From positions 8,078 through 72,077 of the forward strand of contig DATKRN010000022.1 of the NCBI GenBank assembly GCA_035532155.1: a stretch of DNA of 64,000 nt. Reading direction: 5' to 3'. The position numbers and the translations under genes were made by a program. Below are positions 39,179-47,665 of the stretch, piece after piece (within the stretch, counting starts at the first letter, position 1; every line of letters starts with the position of its first letter). A model generated the notes under the pieces. The model worked only from the letters and a program-made list of their open reading frames with translations. It was not told the origin of the DNA and did not search any database. The DNA comes from Verrucomicrobiia bacterium. Its GTDB lineage: Bacteria; Chloroflexota; Dormibacteria; Aeolococcales; Bog-877.

Positions 39179-39670
39179 GTGGCGAGCTGGGTGCCGCGGC
39201 GGCGGGGGCTGGCCGTCGCCCTGATCCTGCTGGCGCTTCCCCTGGCCGCCTGCGCCCCCTCCCGAATCGCCGCCCGCGCGGCCCTGGAGCAGTTCCTCCA
39301 GGACGTCCACGCCCACGAGTCCGCCTACGCCTACACGCTGCTCGCCCCCGCCGCCGCTGCCCGCACCTCATTCGATGCGTTCAATCGGGCCGTCAGCGCC
39401 AGCCACGCCACCTTCCAGGTGGTCGGGGTGCGGAGCACCTCGGCCGGACGTGCCCGCGCAGTGGTCGTGGCCCACCTTCCCGGGGGCCAGCGGCGCCGCC
39501 TAGCGGTGACGATCATCGAGGTGGGCACCGGTGGAGACTGGATGGTGTCGGCCCCCTTCGCCACCTTGGGCGCGGTCGCAGTGCAGCTCCTCGGCTCCGC
39601 GTCCCCGTGCCCGCCGGCGGGCTGGACCGGCTATCCGCCCCGGCCCGCGCGGGCGGCCTGCGCACCCTAG
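39179..39670 (+). CDS. Hypothetical lipoprotein
   Basis: ORF beginning immediately after the cupredoxin stop. Lipobox LAAC. Confidence 0.45.
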   Translation: MASWVPRRRGLAVALILLALPLAACAPSRIAARAALEQFLQDVHAHESAYAYTLLAPAAAARTSFDAFNRAVSASHATFQVVGVRSTSAGRARAVVVAHLPGGQRRRLAVTIIEVGTGGDWMVSAPFATLGAVAVQLLGSASPCPPAGWTGYPPRPARAACAP

Positions 39671-39841
39671 CCACCGGACAACGGGAAGGGCCGGCGGTCC
39701 GCTCGGGCGCGCGCAGCGCCCGCATCGGGGTCCGGCGAGCCTGAGGCCTGCTCCCGTCGCTGGGGGCGGGCGCTCACCCCGACCCGATGCCCGCCGCTGG
39801 CGCCGGGGCGCCGGGCGGAAGCGCCGGGCGGCGGTGACCGG

Positions 39842-40276
39842 CTAGTCGAGGTCGGGCGCGTCCCCGGGCCAGCCCCCAGGTGGCGGCGAGGCGGGACCGG
39901 GCACACGCGCGAGGTCGGCCGGATCAAGCAGCAGCAGCAGCTGGTCGCCGACTCCAGCCCGGCGCAGTCGGTCCCACCCCGCCGCCTCGTCGGCGTCGAT
40001 CGTCAGCACCACGCTGCCGTGCTCCACTCGGCTGCTCCACCCAAGGGCTTCCAGCCGACGGACCACGTCGACGGCGAGGGTCAGGCGGTGCTGGAGCAGC
40101 TGCTTGACCGCCGCCAGCCGCACCGAGACGGGCATCCGGTCAGCGGTGGGGCGGTCGGCGAAGGCGAAGGAATGCATCTCGTAGTAGCGCACCAGCCACA
40201 CCGGCAGCGGCTCACGGCTGACCTCCTCCACGTCCTCGTCGAGGGTGCGCAGCGGGCACAGCCGGAGCTGCATCAC
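39842..40276 (-). CDS. Hypothetical soluble protein, last gene of the Rieske/cyt b/CydA-like operon
   Basis: ORF 39842..40276. Its GTG start overlaps the TGA of the upstream CydA-like gene (GTGA). Confidence 0.4.
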   Translation of the reverse strand: MMQLRLCPLRTLDEDVEEVSREPLPVWLVRYYEMHSFAFADRPTADRMPVSVRLAAVKQLLQHRLTLAVDVVRRLEALGWSSRVEHGSVVLTIDADEAAGWDRLRRAGVGDQLLLLLDPADLARVPGPASPPPGGWPGDAPDLD

Positions 40277-41645
40277 TCGCCACCGAGGATGAGGTTGGCT
40301 CCGGTGGCCGCCCCCCCCTGGGCGGGTCCGGTGGTGGCGGGGGGCACGAAGTTCTGCTGCTGGTTGATGAGCATGTGGTTGGTGATGAGGAAGGGGCCCC
40401 GGGCATCCTCACGGATGTAGCCCATGAGGGCCATGATCAGGCTCACCGCCACCCCCATGGTGATGAGCGCCAGCGCCTGGCTGCGGCGTGCCTCCCCCCA
40501 GCGCAGGTGGCCCCGGCTCACCTCGCGCAGGAAGACCGTCACCGCGGTGATGCTGACGAAGGTGAACGCCACCAGGGCGGTGAGCTTCCAGGGGATCATC
40601 GCCCCGAAGGGGATGAGCAGTCCGCCGTTCCAGATCGGCACGTTGGCGTTGGCGGCGAAGACCTGCTCGTAGCTCCAGGCCAGTGACGAGGGTGTGGCCC
40701 CCAGCAGCCAGGCCCCCATCGAGAGCACGGCGCAGAGCGCCAGGGTGGGAGAGCGGATCCCGCTGCTGCGCACGCGCCGCCAGAAGAAGAAGATCCCGGC
40801 GGTGAGGATCAGTCCCAGCAGGAACATCTGGAACAGGAAGGCGACGCTGAGACCGCCCAGCATCATGTCGTACCAGCTGGCGTAGGCGTGGAGCTGGATC
40901 TCCTTGGCGTACTCCCAGCCGACCAGCGGCTGGAGCGCGGTGAACGCGATCGCGATGACCGCTCCGATGGCCCCCATCCAATCCGCATAGCTGCGCTGCT
41001 GCGGGGTCCGCGCGCGCAGCACCCGCCACCCTGCCACGATCGCGATCAAGGCTCCGGTGAAGGCCACGTTGCCGATCAGGCGATGCACCTCCAGGGGGAT
41101 CAGGGTGGGGTTGAGCAGGATCAGGGGGAGGTTGAAGGCGGGCCGCGGCGTGAGCATGTAGGAGGCCACGAAGTTGATCGCCAGCATCTGCACGAAGAGG
41201 TCGACCGCGAGCACCAGCCCGAGGCCGATCCGCAGGGGACGGACGCGGCCCAGCCGGTCCCACCCGACGTAGAGGGTGTAGAGCGCCATGATCTCGAGAG
41301 CGAACGCGCCCGCCTCGATCACCAGCGGCCAGAACATGATCCGCAGCAGCTTCACCCAGAAGTGGCTCCACAGACCGGTGAACAGGATCATCATCGCGAA
41401 GATCGCCAGCGCCGCCCCGATCGAGAAGACCACCGCCATCGTCTTGACCATCCCTCGGGCGAAGCGGGTCTGACGCTCGTCCTTGCGGACCATGCCGAGG
41501 AAATCGAAGAGGGTCATCACGAGCGCGCCCCCCTGCTGGAAGGCGGCGAACTGGATGTGCGCCAGCATCAGCAGGCCAACCAGCGCGGTGGCCACCCCGG
41601 TGGAGATGCCCACCGGGACGAGATGCGGGGCAAGGGCGAGGGTCA
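40273..41645 (-). CDS. Cytochrome bd ubiquinol oxidase subunit I-like (CydA-like) polytopic membrane protein
   Basis: This is the C-terminal ~457 aa of the chimeric ORF 40273..43071. ...FWPLVIEAGAFALEIMALYTLYVGWDRLGRV... matches the CydA ...PLAIEGLMAFFLE...FFFGWDRLGKV block. ...ALMGYIREDARGPFLI... resembles the periplasmic ...AEYGRQPWAI motif. A GTG start ~16 nt downstream of the cyt b stop follows GGAGG. No cydB is adjacent. Confidence 0.6.
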
Positions 41646-41663
41646 GGGGCACGGAGCCTCCGA

Positions 41664-42878
41664 TCAGAGGTTGAAGAGACGGTTGACGGCGAGCAGCGCC
41701 TCGAAGATGAGGAACAGGAGCGTGAACAGGGCGGGCACCATCAGCTGGGGCCGCTTCCAGGGCTCCCGATCCGGAGAGCGGTCGAGGAAGGGGACCAGGA
41801 TCAGCAGCGTGCTGGCCAGCCCGGGGATGACGAAGACCCCGACCGGGATCATCCACGCCTGCGGGAACTGCACCAACAGCTGGTCCAGCGGCAGGAAGAA
41901 CCACTCCGGGGTGGGCACGTAGGTGAGCGAGGCGGGGTTGGCGGGCGCCTCCAGCGGCGAGCCGACCACCACCGCCATCACGAAGATGACCAGCACCAGC
42001 AAAAAGGAGATGATCGCGTCCTTGCCCACCTGGGAGGGGAAGAACTCGTCGAGGTCGTCGGGGACCGCATAGCCGGGGTCGGAGGGGACAGCCGGGTAGG
42101 GGGGCTCCGCCCGCAGCACGCGCTCCGCTCGCTCCCGCTCCGACTCGCCGGGGTCGTTGCGGTAGTTCACCCACGAGCCATGCTCGCCGTGGCGGCGAAG
42201 CAGGTAGAGGTGGACCACGATCAGCGGAACCAAGAGCGCGGGGAGCAGCCAGATGTGGATGGCAAAGGTGCGGGTCAGGGTCACCGGACCGACCTGATTG
42301 CCCCCCCGCCAGATCTCCTGCAGCCAGTGCCCCAGCCCGGGGACGTAACTCAGCACATGGGTGGTGACCACCGTGGTCCAATAGGCGGCCTGGTCCCAGG
42401 GCAGCATCGCCCCCGTGATCCCGAGAGCGAGCACCAGCAGGAAGAGCATGACTCCGGTGATCCAGTTGAGCTCGCGCGGCTTCTTGTACGAGCCGCTGAC
42501 GAAGGTGCGCACCATGTGCAGGCCGATCACCAGCAACAGAACGTAGGCGCCCCACAGGTGCATCCCCCGCACGATGGCGCCGAACTCGTCGTGGTGGGCC
42601 AGGTAGTTGAGGCTCTCCCAGGCCTCGGTGGTGGAGGGCACATAGCTCCACAGCAAGAACATGCCGGTCACGATCTGGAGCGCGATGATGATGAGGGTGG
42701 CGCTGCCCAGGGTGTAGGCCCAGGCGCCCCGTCGCGGCACCGCCTCGTAGAGGCCCTTGTAGGCGAGGTCGGTGATCCCCATCCGCTCGTCCACCCACCG
42801 ATAGGCGATCGCCAGCGGCCGGGATATCGGATGGGTCAGCCGCCCCGCCAGCTTGGATCGGGTCGACTCGCGGGCCAT
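41664..42878 (-). CDS. qcrB: Cytochrome b (b6-like N-terminal four-helix core plus a subunit-IV-like C-terminus), quinol:acceptor reductase subunit
   Basis: ORF with ...YTLGSATLIIIALQIVTGMFLLWSYVP...MHLWGAYVLLLVIGLHMVRTF...PEWFFLP.... Confidence 0.85.
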   Translation of the reverse strand: MARESTRSKLAGRLTHPISRPLAIAYRWVDERMGITDLAYKGLYEAVPRRGAWAYTLGSATLIIIALQIVTGMFLLWSYVPSTTEAWESLNYLAHHDEFGAIVRGMHLWGAYVLLLVIGLHMVRTFVSGSYKKPRELNWITGVMLFLLVLALGITGAMLPWDQAAYWTTVVTTHVLSYVPGLGHWLQEIWRGGNQVGPVTLTRTFAIHIWLLPALLVPLIVVHLYLLRRHGEHGSWVNYRNDPGESERERAERVLRAEPPYPAVPSDPGYAVPDDLDEFFPSQVGKDAIISFLLVLVIFVMAVVVGSPLEAPANPASLTYVPTPEWFFLPLDQLLVQFPQAWMIPVGVFVIPGLASTLLILVPFLDRSPDREPWKRPQLMVPALFTLLFLIFEALLAVNRLFNL

Positions 42879-42881
42879 CCT

Positions 42882-43373
42882 CTAGGCCTCGGTCAGCCGG
42901 TCGCGCACGTACAGGGTCTCCCCCGCCAGCTTGTGCTGGTAGCGGAAGAGGGGCTTGGGTGGTGGGCCGCCGACGTTGGTGCCGGTGATCGAGTAGAAGC
43001 CGCCGTGGCAGGGGCAGAGGAACTGCTGCAGGTCGATGTCCCAGTGCACATCGCACTGCATGTGGGTGCACACGTTGGAGAGCGAGAGGACCTGGAGCTG
43101 ATTGCCGACGTTGAGCTTGACGACGTACACGATCCTGGCCACCGGGGGCACCTTCCAGGCCTGGGTGGTGGGCATCTGCACCACGTAGGCGGTGGGCAGC
43201 CCTACCGGCACCTGGCTGATGTCACCCACCCGCACCCAGGGGTGGGAGCGCCGGGTGAAGATCGGCTGCAGCACCTCGCCGACGATGGGCGCCGCGATCA
43301 GCAGGGTGATGCCCGCGCCGGCGAGGTTGGTCGCCAGCACCATGAAGCGGCGGCGCGAGATCCGGGTGCCCAC
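42882..43373 (-). CDS. qcrA: Rieske [2Fe-2S] iron-sulfur protein with a Tat signal
   Basis: N-terminal twin-arginine RRRFM. Rieske boxes CTHMQC and CPCHGG. Confidence 0.85.
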   Translation of the reverse strand: MGTRISRRRFMVLATNLAGAGITLLIAAPIVGEVLQPIFTRRSHPWVRVGDISQVPVGLPTAYVVQMPTTQAWKVPPVARIVYVVKLNVGNQLQVLSLSNVCTHMQCDVHWDIDLQQFLCPCHGGFYSITGTNVGGPPPKPLFRYQHKLAGETLYVRDRLTEA

Positions 43374-43374
43374 C

Positions 43375-43608
43375 TCAGGCGCCTCCCTGCCCGATCGGGA
43401 CCACCACCAGCGCGATCAGCATCCCCAGCACGAACACCAAGCTGAGCACGGTCACCGACCCCGCCGCGGTCGCGGCGAGGTGGTCGCCGGCGCGCCAGAG
43501 GACCCGGAGCCGGCGCAGCACCAGCCAGGCTCCGACCAGCAGCACCACGAACAGCGACGTGATCACGATCCCGAGGAACCAGGCCGTCTCGAAGTCCTGG
43601 TAGTTCAA
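43375..43608 (-). CDS. Small two-TM membrane protein (77 aa) within the respiratory operon
   Basis: ORF 43375..43608. Sits 1 nt upstream of the Rieske start. Confidence 0.4.
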   Translation of the reverse strand: MNYQDFETAWFLGIVITSLFVVLLVGAWLVLRRLRVLWRAGDHLAATAAGSVTVLSLVFVLGMLIALVVVPIGQGGA

Positions 43609-43633
43609 CGCGATGCCCCCACGCCGCAGCGGA

Positions 43634-44902
43634 TCACGGCAGCACGCCGCGCGGGGGGTCGAAGTTCTGGGTCGCGGTGTGCAGGCTCATGAGGCAGCTG
43701 CTCTGGCCGCTGGGGGCGTCGATGGCGCAGGGCAGCTTGACGTTCTCTTTGATCACCCCCATGTACAGGCTGAGCGCGAGCGCCGCCACCGCCACCACCG
43801 GGATCAGGCGGCCGGCCGGCCCCGGCAGCCCCAGGGTGGCGGCCCCGCGCCGGTGCTCGGCAATGAAGCGCGCCAGATGCACCGCGGTGGCGGCGAAGGC
43901 CACCAGCAGCAGCGAATAGCGGAGCGCCACCAGCCCGCTCGGGATCACCACCGCGGGCATGGCGGCGCCCGCCATGCCGAGCAGGGCCACCACCGTGAGC
44001 CCGGCCCCCGCCCGGCTGCCGCGGGCGGCGGGGCTGTGCTGCCAGAAGACCAGGTTCGCCCCCACCACCACCACTGCCAGCAGGCCCACCTGCCCCACCA
44101 GCATCACCCCCGAGCCGCCGGTCGTGAGGTTGGCGAAGGCCGGTCCCGAGCTCTGCTGGAGGGTGGCGGCGAGCAGGAAGCCGGTCACCGGCTGCGCCAC
44201 GAGGAAGGTCGCGCCGATTGCGAAGTTGACCCGGGCCGCCCAGCGCTGGAAGGCCACCTCGGCGGGGTCGGTGGCACGCCCCAGCCGCCAGACCGCGATG
44301 GCGGCGAGCAGGAGGGCCGGCCACGAGAGGTTGGCGGCGGCGTAGTGGAGCAGCAGCCAGGGGTAGCTGGGGCTGAAGGCGGCCGAGCTGGCGTGAACCG
44401 ATCCCGGGGTGAGAGCGAAGCTGTCCAGCTCCACGATGGTGAACAAGAAGATGTACTGCACGGCCGCGAAGGCGAAGCCGATGGCGAGGTGGAGCCGGGG
44501 GGAGATCTGGTCCCAGCGGTAGACGTACAGCAGCATCAGCGGGATGCCGATAAAGAAGCTGCCGAAGGCGATCGTCAGCGGCAGCAGCAGCAGGTTCAGC
44601 AACGTCCCGATCAAGTTCCCGTAGATCCCGGTGAGGAGCACCACCGCGAAGACCGCCCAGGTGGCGCCGAAGCTGTAGAGGTACGCGGTCGCATGCGCCA
44701 GGCTGCGGGCGTAGCGGAGGTGGCGGGGGTCACCCCCGCGCCGACGCCCGGCCAGTTCCATGAAGGGCGCCAGCGCGCTGGCGCCGAGGATGAAGCCAAC
44801 CAGGGCGATGTGGATCAGAAAGGTGGCGCCGATGGCGGCGGCGGCCCCGACCGACCCCAGCGGCAGATGGGGGACCGGGGTCGGGAATGCGGAGAGGGGC
44901 AC
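43634..44902 (-). CDS. Second CydA-like (cytochrome bd subunit I-like) polytopic membrane protein
   Basis: ORF 43634..45040. ...LYVYRWDQISPRLHL... is the GWDRLG-equivalent. ...LYMGVIKENVKLPCAI... is the GRQPW-equivalent. The N-terminal helix contains His (FLIHIALVGF). The start is uncertain: GTG at 44902 with a GAGG RBS is preferred over 45040, which would crowd the divergent holA start. Confidence 0.5.
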   Translation of the reverse strand: MPLSAFPTPVPHLPLGSVGAAAAIGATFLIHIALVGFILGASALAPFMELAGRRRGGDPRHLRYARSLAHATAYLYSFGATWAVFAVVLLTGIYGNLIGTLLNLLLLPLTIAFGSFFIGIPLMLLYVYRWDQISPRLHLAIGFAFAAVQYIFLFTIVELDSFALTPGSVHASSAAFSPSYPWLLLHYAAANLSWPALLLAAIAVWRLGRATDPAEVAFQRWAARVNFAIGATFLVAQPVTGFLLAATLQQSSGPAFANLTTGGSGVMLVGQVGLLAVVVVGANLVFWQHSPAARGSRAGAGLTVVALLGMAGAAMPAVVIPSGLVALRYSLLLVAFAATAVHLARFIAEHRRGAATLGLPGPAGRLIPVVAVAALALSLYMGVIKENVKLPCAIDAPSGQSSCLMSLHTATQNFDPPRGVLP

Positions 44903-45060
44903 GCCGTACCTCACTGGCGGGGCGGGCGGCGGGAGCACGAGCCGACGCGGCGCAGGGGCCCGGGGCGCCCCGAGCCAGACACATGCTGACGGGGACCCCC
45001 CGTGGCTCGCAAGCCCGACCGCTGCTGGGGGCGGCGCCACCAGCGTCCATACTGGAGCCG

Positions 45061-46074
45061 ATGACAGGTCCCGCGGGCGGGGACGGGCCGGCCGGTGTGG
45101 TGGTCCTGATTCACGGTGACGAGCCCTTCCTCGTGGATCGCTGCGTCGCCGAGATGGTGGGCGGCTGGCGTGGCGGGCTCACCAACCCGATGAACGACGA
45201 GGTCTTCCGGGCACCGGCGGTCCTCGACGAGCTCCGTCAGAGTCTGGCCACCCCGGCCTTCCTCGACCCCCACCGCGTGATCCTGGTCTGGGACCCGCCC
45301 GCGTGCATCGCCTCCGGTCGCCGCCTCGCCGACGCCCCCCGACTGGTGGCGGCGCTGACCGACCGCGACCCGACTGCAGCCGTCTGCCTGGCGATCCACG
45401 GCACCCTCGCCGCGAGCAATCCCGTGCTCATCTTCGTGCGTCGGGTCGGCACGGTGCGCCTGGTCAATCGGCCGCGGGGTCGCGCCCTCGATGTCCACCT
45501 CGACACCGAGCTCGGCCGTCACGGATTGCGCTGCGGGACGGCGGCCCGGGCCCGGCTCCGCGCTCTGGCCGCGGCCGATCTCGGGCAGCTCGACCAAGAG
45601 GTCGAGAAGCTGTCGGTGGCAGCCGGGCCAGGCGGCCGAATCGACCCCGCCACGGCCGATGCCCTGATCGCCGACGGCGGTCGCAGCGAGATCTACCACC
45701 TGCTGGACGCTGTGATGGAGGGAGCGGCGCCGGCGCTGGGGCACCTCGCCGACCTGGAGCGCCGGCGGGCGGCGCCACCCCCGCTGCTGGTTGCCAGCCT
45801 GGGCCGCTGGCTGCGCGAGCTGCTCCAGCTGCACGCCCAGACCGAGCGCGGCATCCCTGTCAGCCGAGCCGCCACCGGGCGCCCCCCCTGGATGCTCGCG
45901 AGGCTCGAGCGCCAGGTGCGCCAGACCGACCCGGCCGCGCTGGCGACCGCCCTGGAGCGCCTGGCCGACCTCGACTGGGCGATCCGCACCGGGGAGGTGG
46001 ATCCTCCGCTGGGCCTGCAGGCCTTCGTCGCAGGGCTGGCCAGCGGCACCGGTCCGGCCCACCGGTCCGCGTGA
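45061..46074 (+). CDS. holA: DNA polymerase III subunit delta
   Basis: ATG at 45061 with a GGAG RBS (...VVVLIHGDEPFLVDR...). The upstream in-frame codons of ORF 44887..46074 are read-through. Confidence 0.75.
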   Translation: MTGPAGGDGPAGVVVLIHGDEPFLVDRCVAEMVGGWRGGLTNPMNDEVFRAPAVLDELRQSLATPAFLDPHRVILVWDPPACIASGRRLADAPRLVAALTDRDPTAAVCLAIHGTLAASNPVLIFVRRVGTVRLVNRPRGRALDVHLDTELGRHGLRCGTAARARLRALAAADLGQLDQEVEKLSVAAGPGGRIDPATADALIADGGRSEIYHLLDAVMEGAAPALGHLADLERRRAAPPPLLVASLGRWLRELLQLHAQTERGIPVSRAATGRPPWMLARLERQVRQTDPAALATALERLADLDWAIRTGEVDPPLGLQAFVAGLASGTGPAHRSA

Positions 46075-46093
46075 GACGCGGCCGGCCGCTGGG

Positions 46094-46582
46094 TCACTCC
46101 GTCGGGCGCTGCTTGGGTCCAGACGTACGGGAGGAGGCCGGGCGCGCCGCCACCTGGCGGGTGGCGCGGGTCTGTGACTTGGCGCCCGCGCGCGGCGACT
46201 TGCCCTTGACGGGCGCGCCCCGGGCGCCCCGCACGCCGCCGGTTCCCGGAGCCGCGCCGCGGGCGCGGCCGCTGCCCTTGGCATGGGACGGGGCAGCCAG
46301 CTCGGGGTTCGCGACCACTGCGGCGGCCCGAGCCGCCATCCGCATGAGACGCGACTTCCGGCGCGCCGCGTTGCGTCGGTGCAGCACCCCGTGGCCGGCC
46401 GCCTTGTCCAGCGCCGACACGGCGGCGCTGACCAGCACCGCGGCCGGCTCCAGCTCCTGGGCCACCAGATCCCGGCGCGCCCGCGCGACCGCAGTGCGGA
46501 CCGCGGACCGCACCGCCCGGTTGCGCAGGTGGCGGCGCTCTGCGGCGCGGATGCGCTTGCGAGCGGATCGGGAGTTGGCCAT
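46094..46582 (-). CDS. rpsT: 30S ribosomal protein S20 with a ~75-aa Ala/Arg/Lys/Gly-rich C-terminal extension
   Basis: ATG at 46582 gives MANSRSARKRIRAAERRHLRNRAVRSAVRTAV..., the S20 signature. The ORF continues ~75 aa beyond normal S20 length with a basic low-complexity tail. Convergent with holA. Confidence 0.8.
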   Translation of the reverse strand: MANSRSARKRIRAAERRHLRNRAVRSAVRTAVARARRDLVAQELEPAAVLVSAAVSALDKAAGHGVLHRRNAARRKSRLMRMAARAAAVVANPELAAPSHAKGSGRARGAAPGTGGVRGARGAPVKGKSPRAGAKSQTRATRQVAARPASSRTSGPKQRPTE

Positions 46583-46747
46583 TGAGGAGCGCCTCAGACT
46601 AGCGCGGGCTGACGAAAGCGGGTCTCCGGCTGGGAGATCCCTCAGGGCACACCGACGCTCCGCAGCGGCGGCGCGCCTCGCGTCGGCGGAGTATAGCAAG
46701 CCGAGGCAGGCTCCGCGGACGGGCCGGGGCAGGAGAGAATCTTCACC

Positions 46748-47665
46748 ATGTGGACAGCCCGGCGCGCCTGCGCCAAGGTCAACCTCGCGCTGGAGGTGCT
46801 CGGCCGCCGCGCCGACGGCTTCCATGACCTCGCCGCCGTCTCCCAGACGATCGACTGGGGCGATCTCGTCGCGGTTGAGCGCGGACCGGTCGACCCCCTC
46901 TCACCCGTGCCATCCGATGACCCCCGCGCGTGGGTGGTGATCGTGACTGGGGAGCTGGCGCCTGCGCTGGCGACCGACCACGAGCCCAACCTCGTGGCGC
47001 GGGCCGGGCTGGCGCTGGCGCGCGCCGGCCACGCGCCCGTCGGCGGCCGGATCTGGCTGGTCAAGCGCGTGCCGGTCGGCAGCGGCCTCGGGGGAGGGTC
47101 AGCGGACGCCGCAGCCGCACTCCGCCTGCTCAGCCCCGGGCTGCCAGAGCCCGAGCTGGCCCGCCTGGGGCTGACCCTGGGAGCCGACGTCCCCTTCGCC
47201 CTGCTCGGCGGGACCGCCCGGCTGGCCGGGGTGGGAGAGCGGCTGGAACCCCTGCCCCCTCCCCCTCCCAGCTGGTGTGTGATCGCCGTGCTCGGCCGGG
47301 TCCTCACCGCGGCCGTCTATCGGACCCTCACCCCCGCCGACCACACCTCCGGCGAGCGGGTCGCCCGGGTGGCCGGGGCGCTGCGCTCCGCCACTGCGAT
47401 CGACCCGGACTGGCTCGGGAGCGGGTTGGAGCCGGGGGCCTGGCGGGCCCAGCCCGCCCTGGCTCGGGCCGCCGGCCGACTGCGGGCCGCCACCCACCCG
47501 ACCACCTGGGCCCTCACGGGCAGCGGGGGAGCCTACTTCAGCCTGGAACCCGACCGGGAGCGGGCCGTGGGCCTGGTCGAGGCCGCCCGCGCAGCGGTGC
47601 CCCAAGCCCGGGTGAGGCTGGCCCGGACGGTGGGCCCGACTCGGCCCATGCCCGGGAGCGCGTGA
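46748..47665 (+). CDS. ispE: 4-diphosphocytidyl-2-C-methyl-D-erythritol kinase
   Basis: GHMP kinase motif PVGSGLGGGSADAAAAL. N-terminus ...KVNLALEVLGRRADGFHDL.... Confidence 0.85.
   Translation: MWTARRACAKVNLALEVLGRRADGFHDLAAVSQTIDWGDLVAVERGPVDPLSPVPSDDPRAWVVIVTGELAPALATDHEPNLVARAGLALARAGHAPVGGRIWLVKRVPVGSGLGGGSADAAAALRLLSPGLPEPELARLGLTLGADVPFALLGGTARLAGVGERLEPLPPPPPSWCVIAVLGRVLTAAVYRTLTPADHTSGERVARVAGALRSATAIDPDWLGSGLEPGAWRAQPALARAAGRLRAATHPTTWALTGSGGAYFSLEPDRERAVGLVEAARAAVPQARVRLARTVGPTRPMPGSA

Noticed and set aside
40273-43071. The 932-aa minus-strand ORF spanning the cyt b and Rieske region
   Set aside because: Only its C-terminal ~457 aa (the CydA-like gene) is real. The upstream two-thirds is an alternate frame running through the qcrB/qcrA coding sequence.
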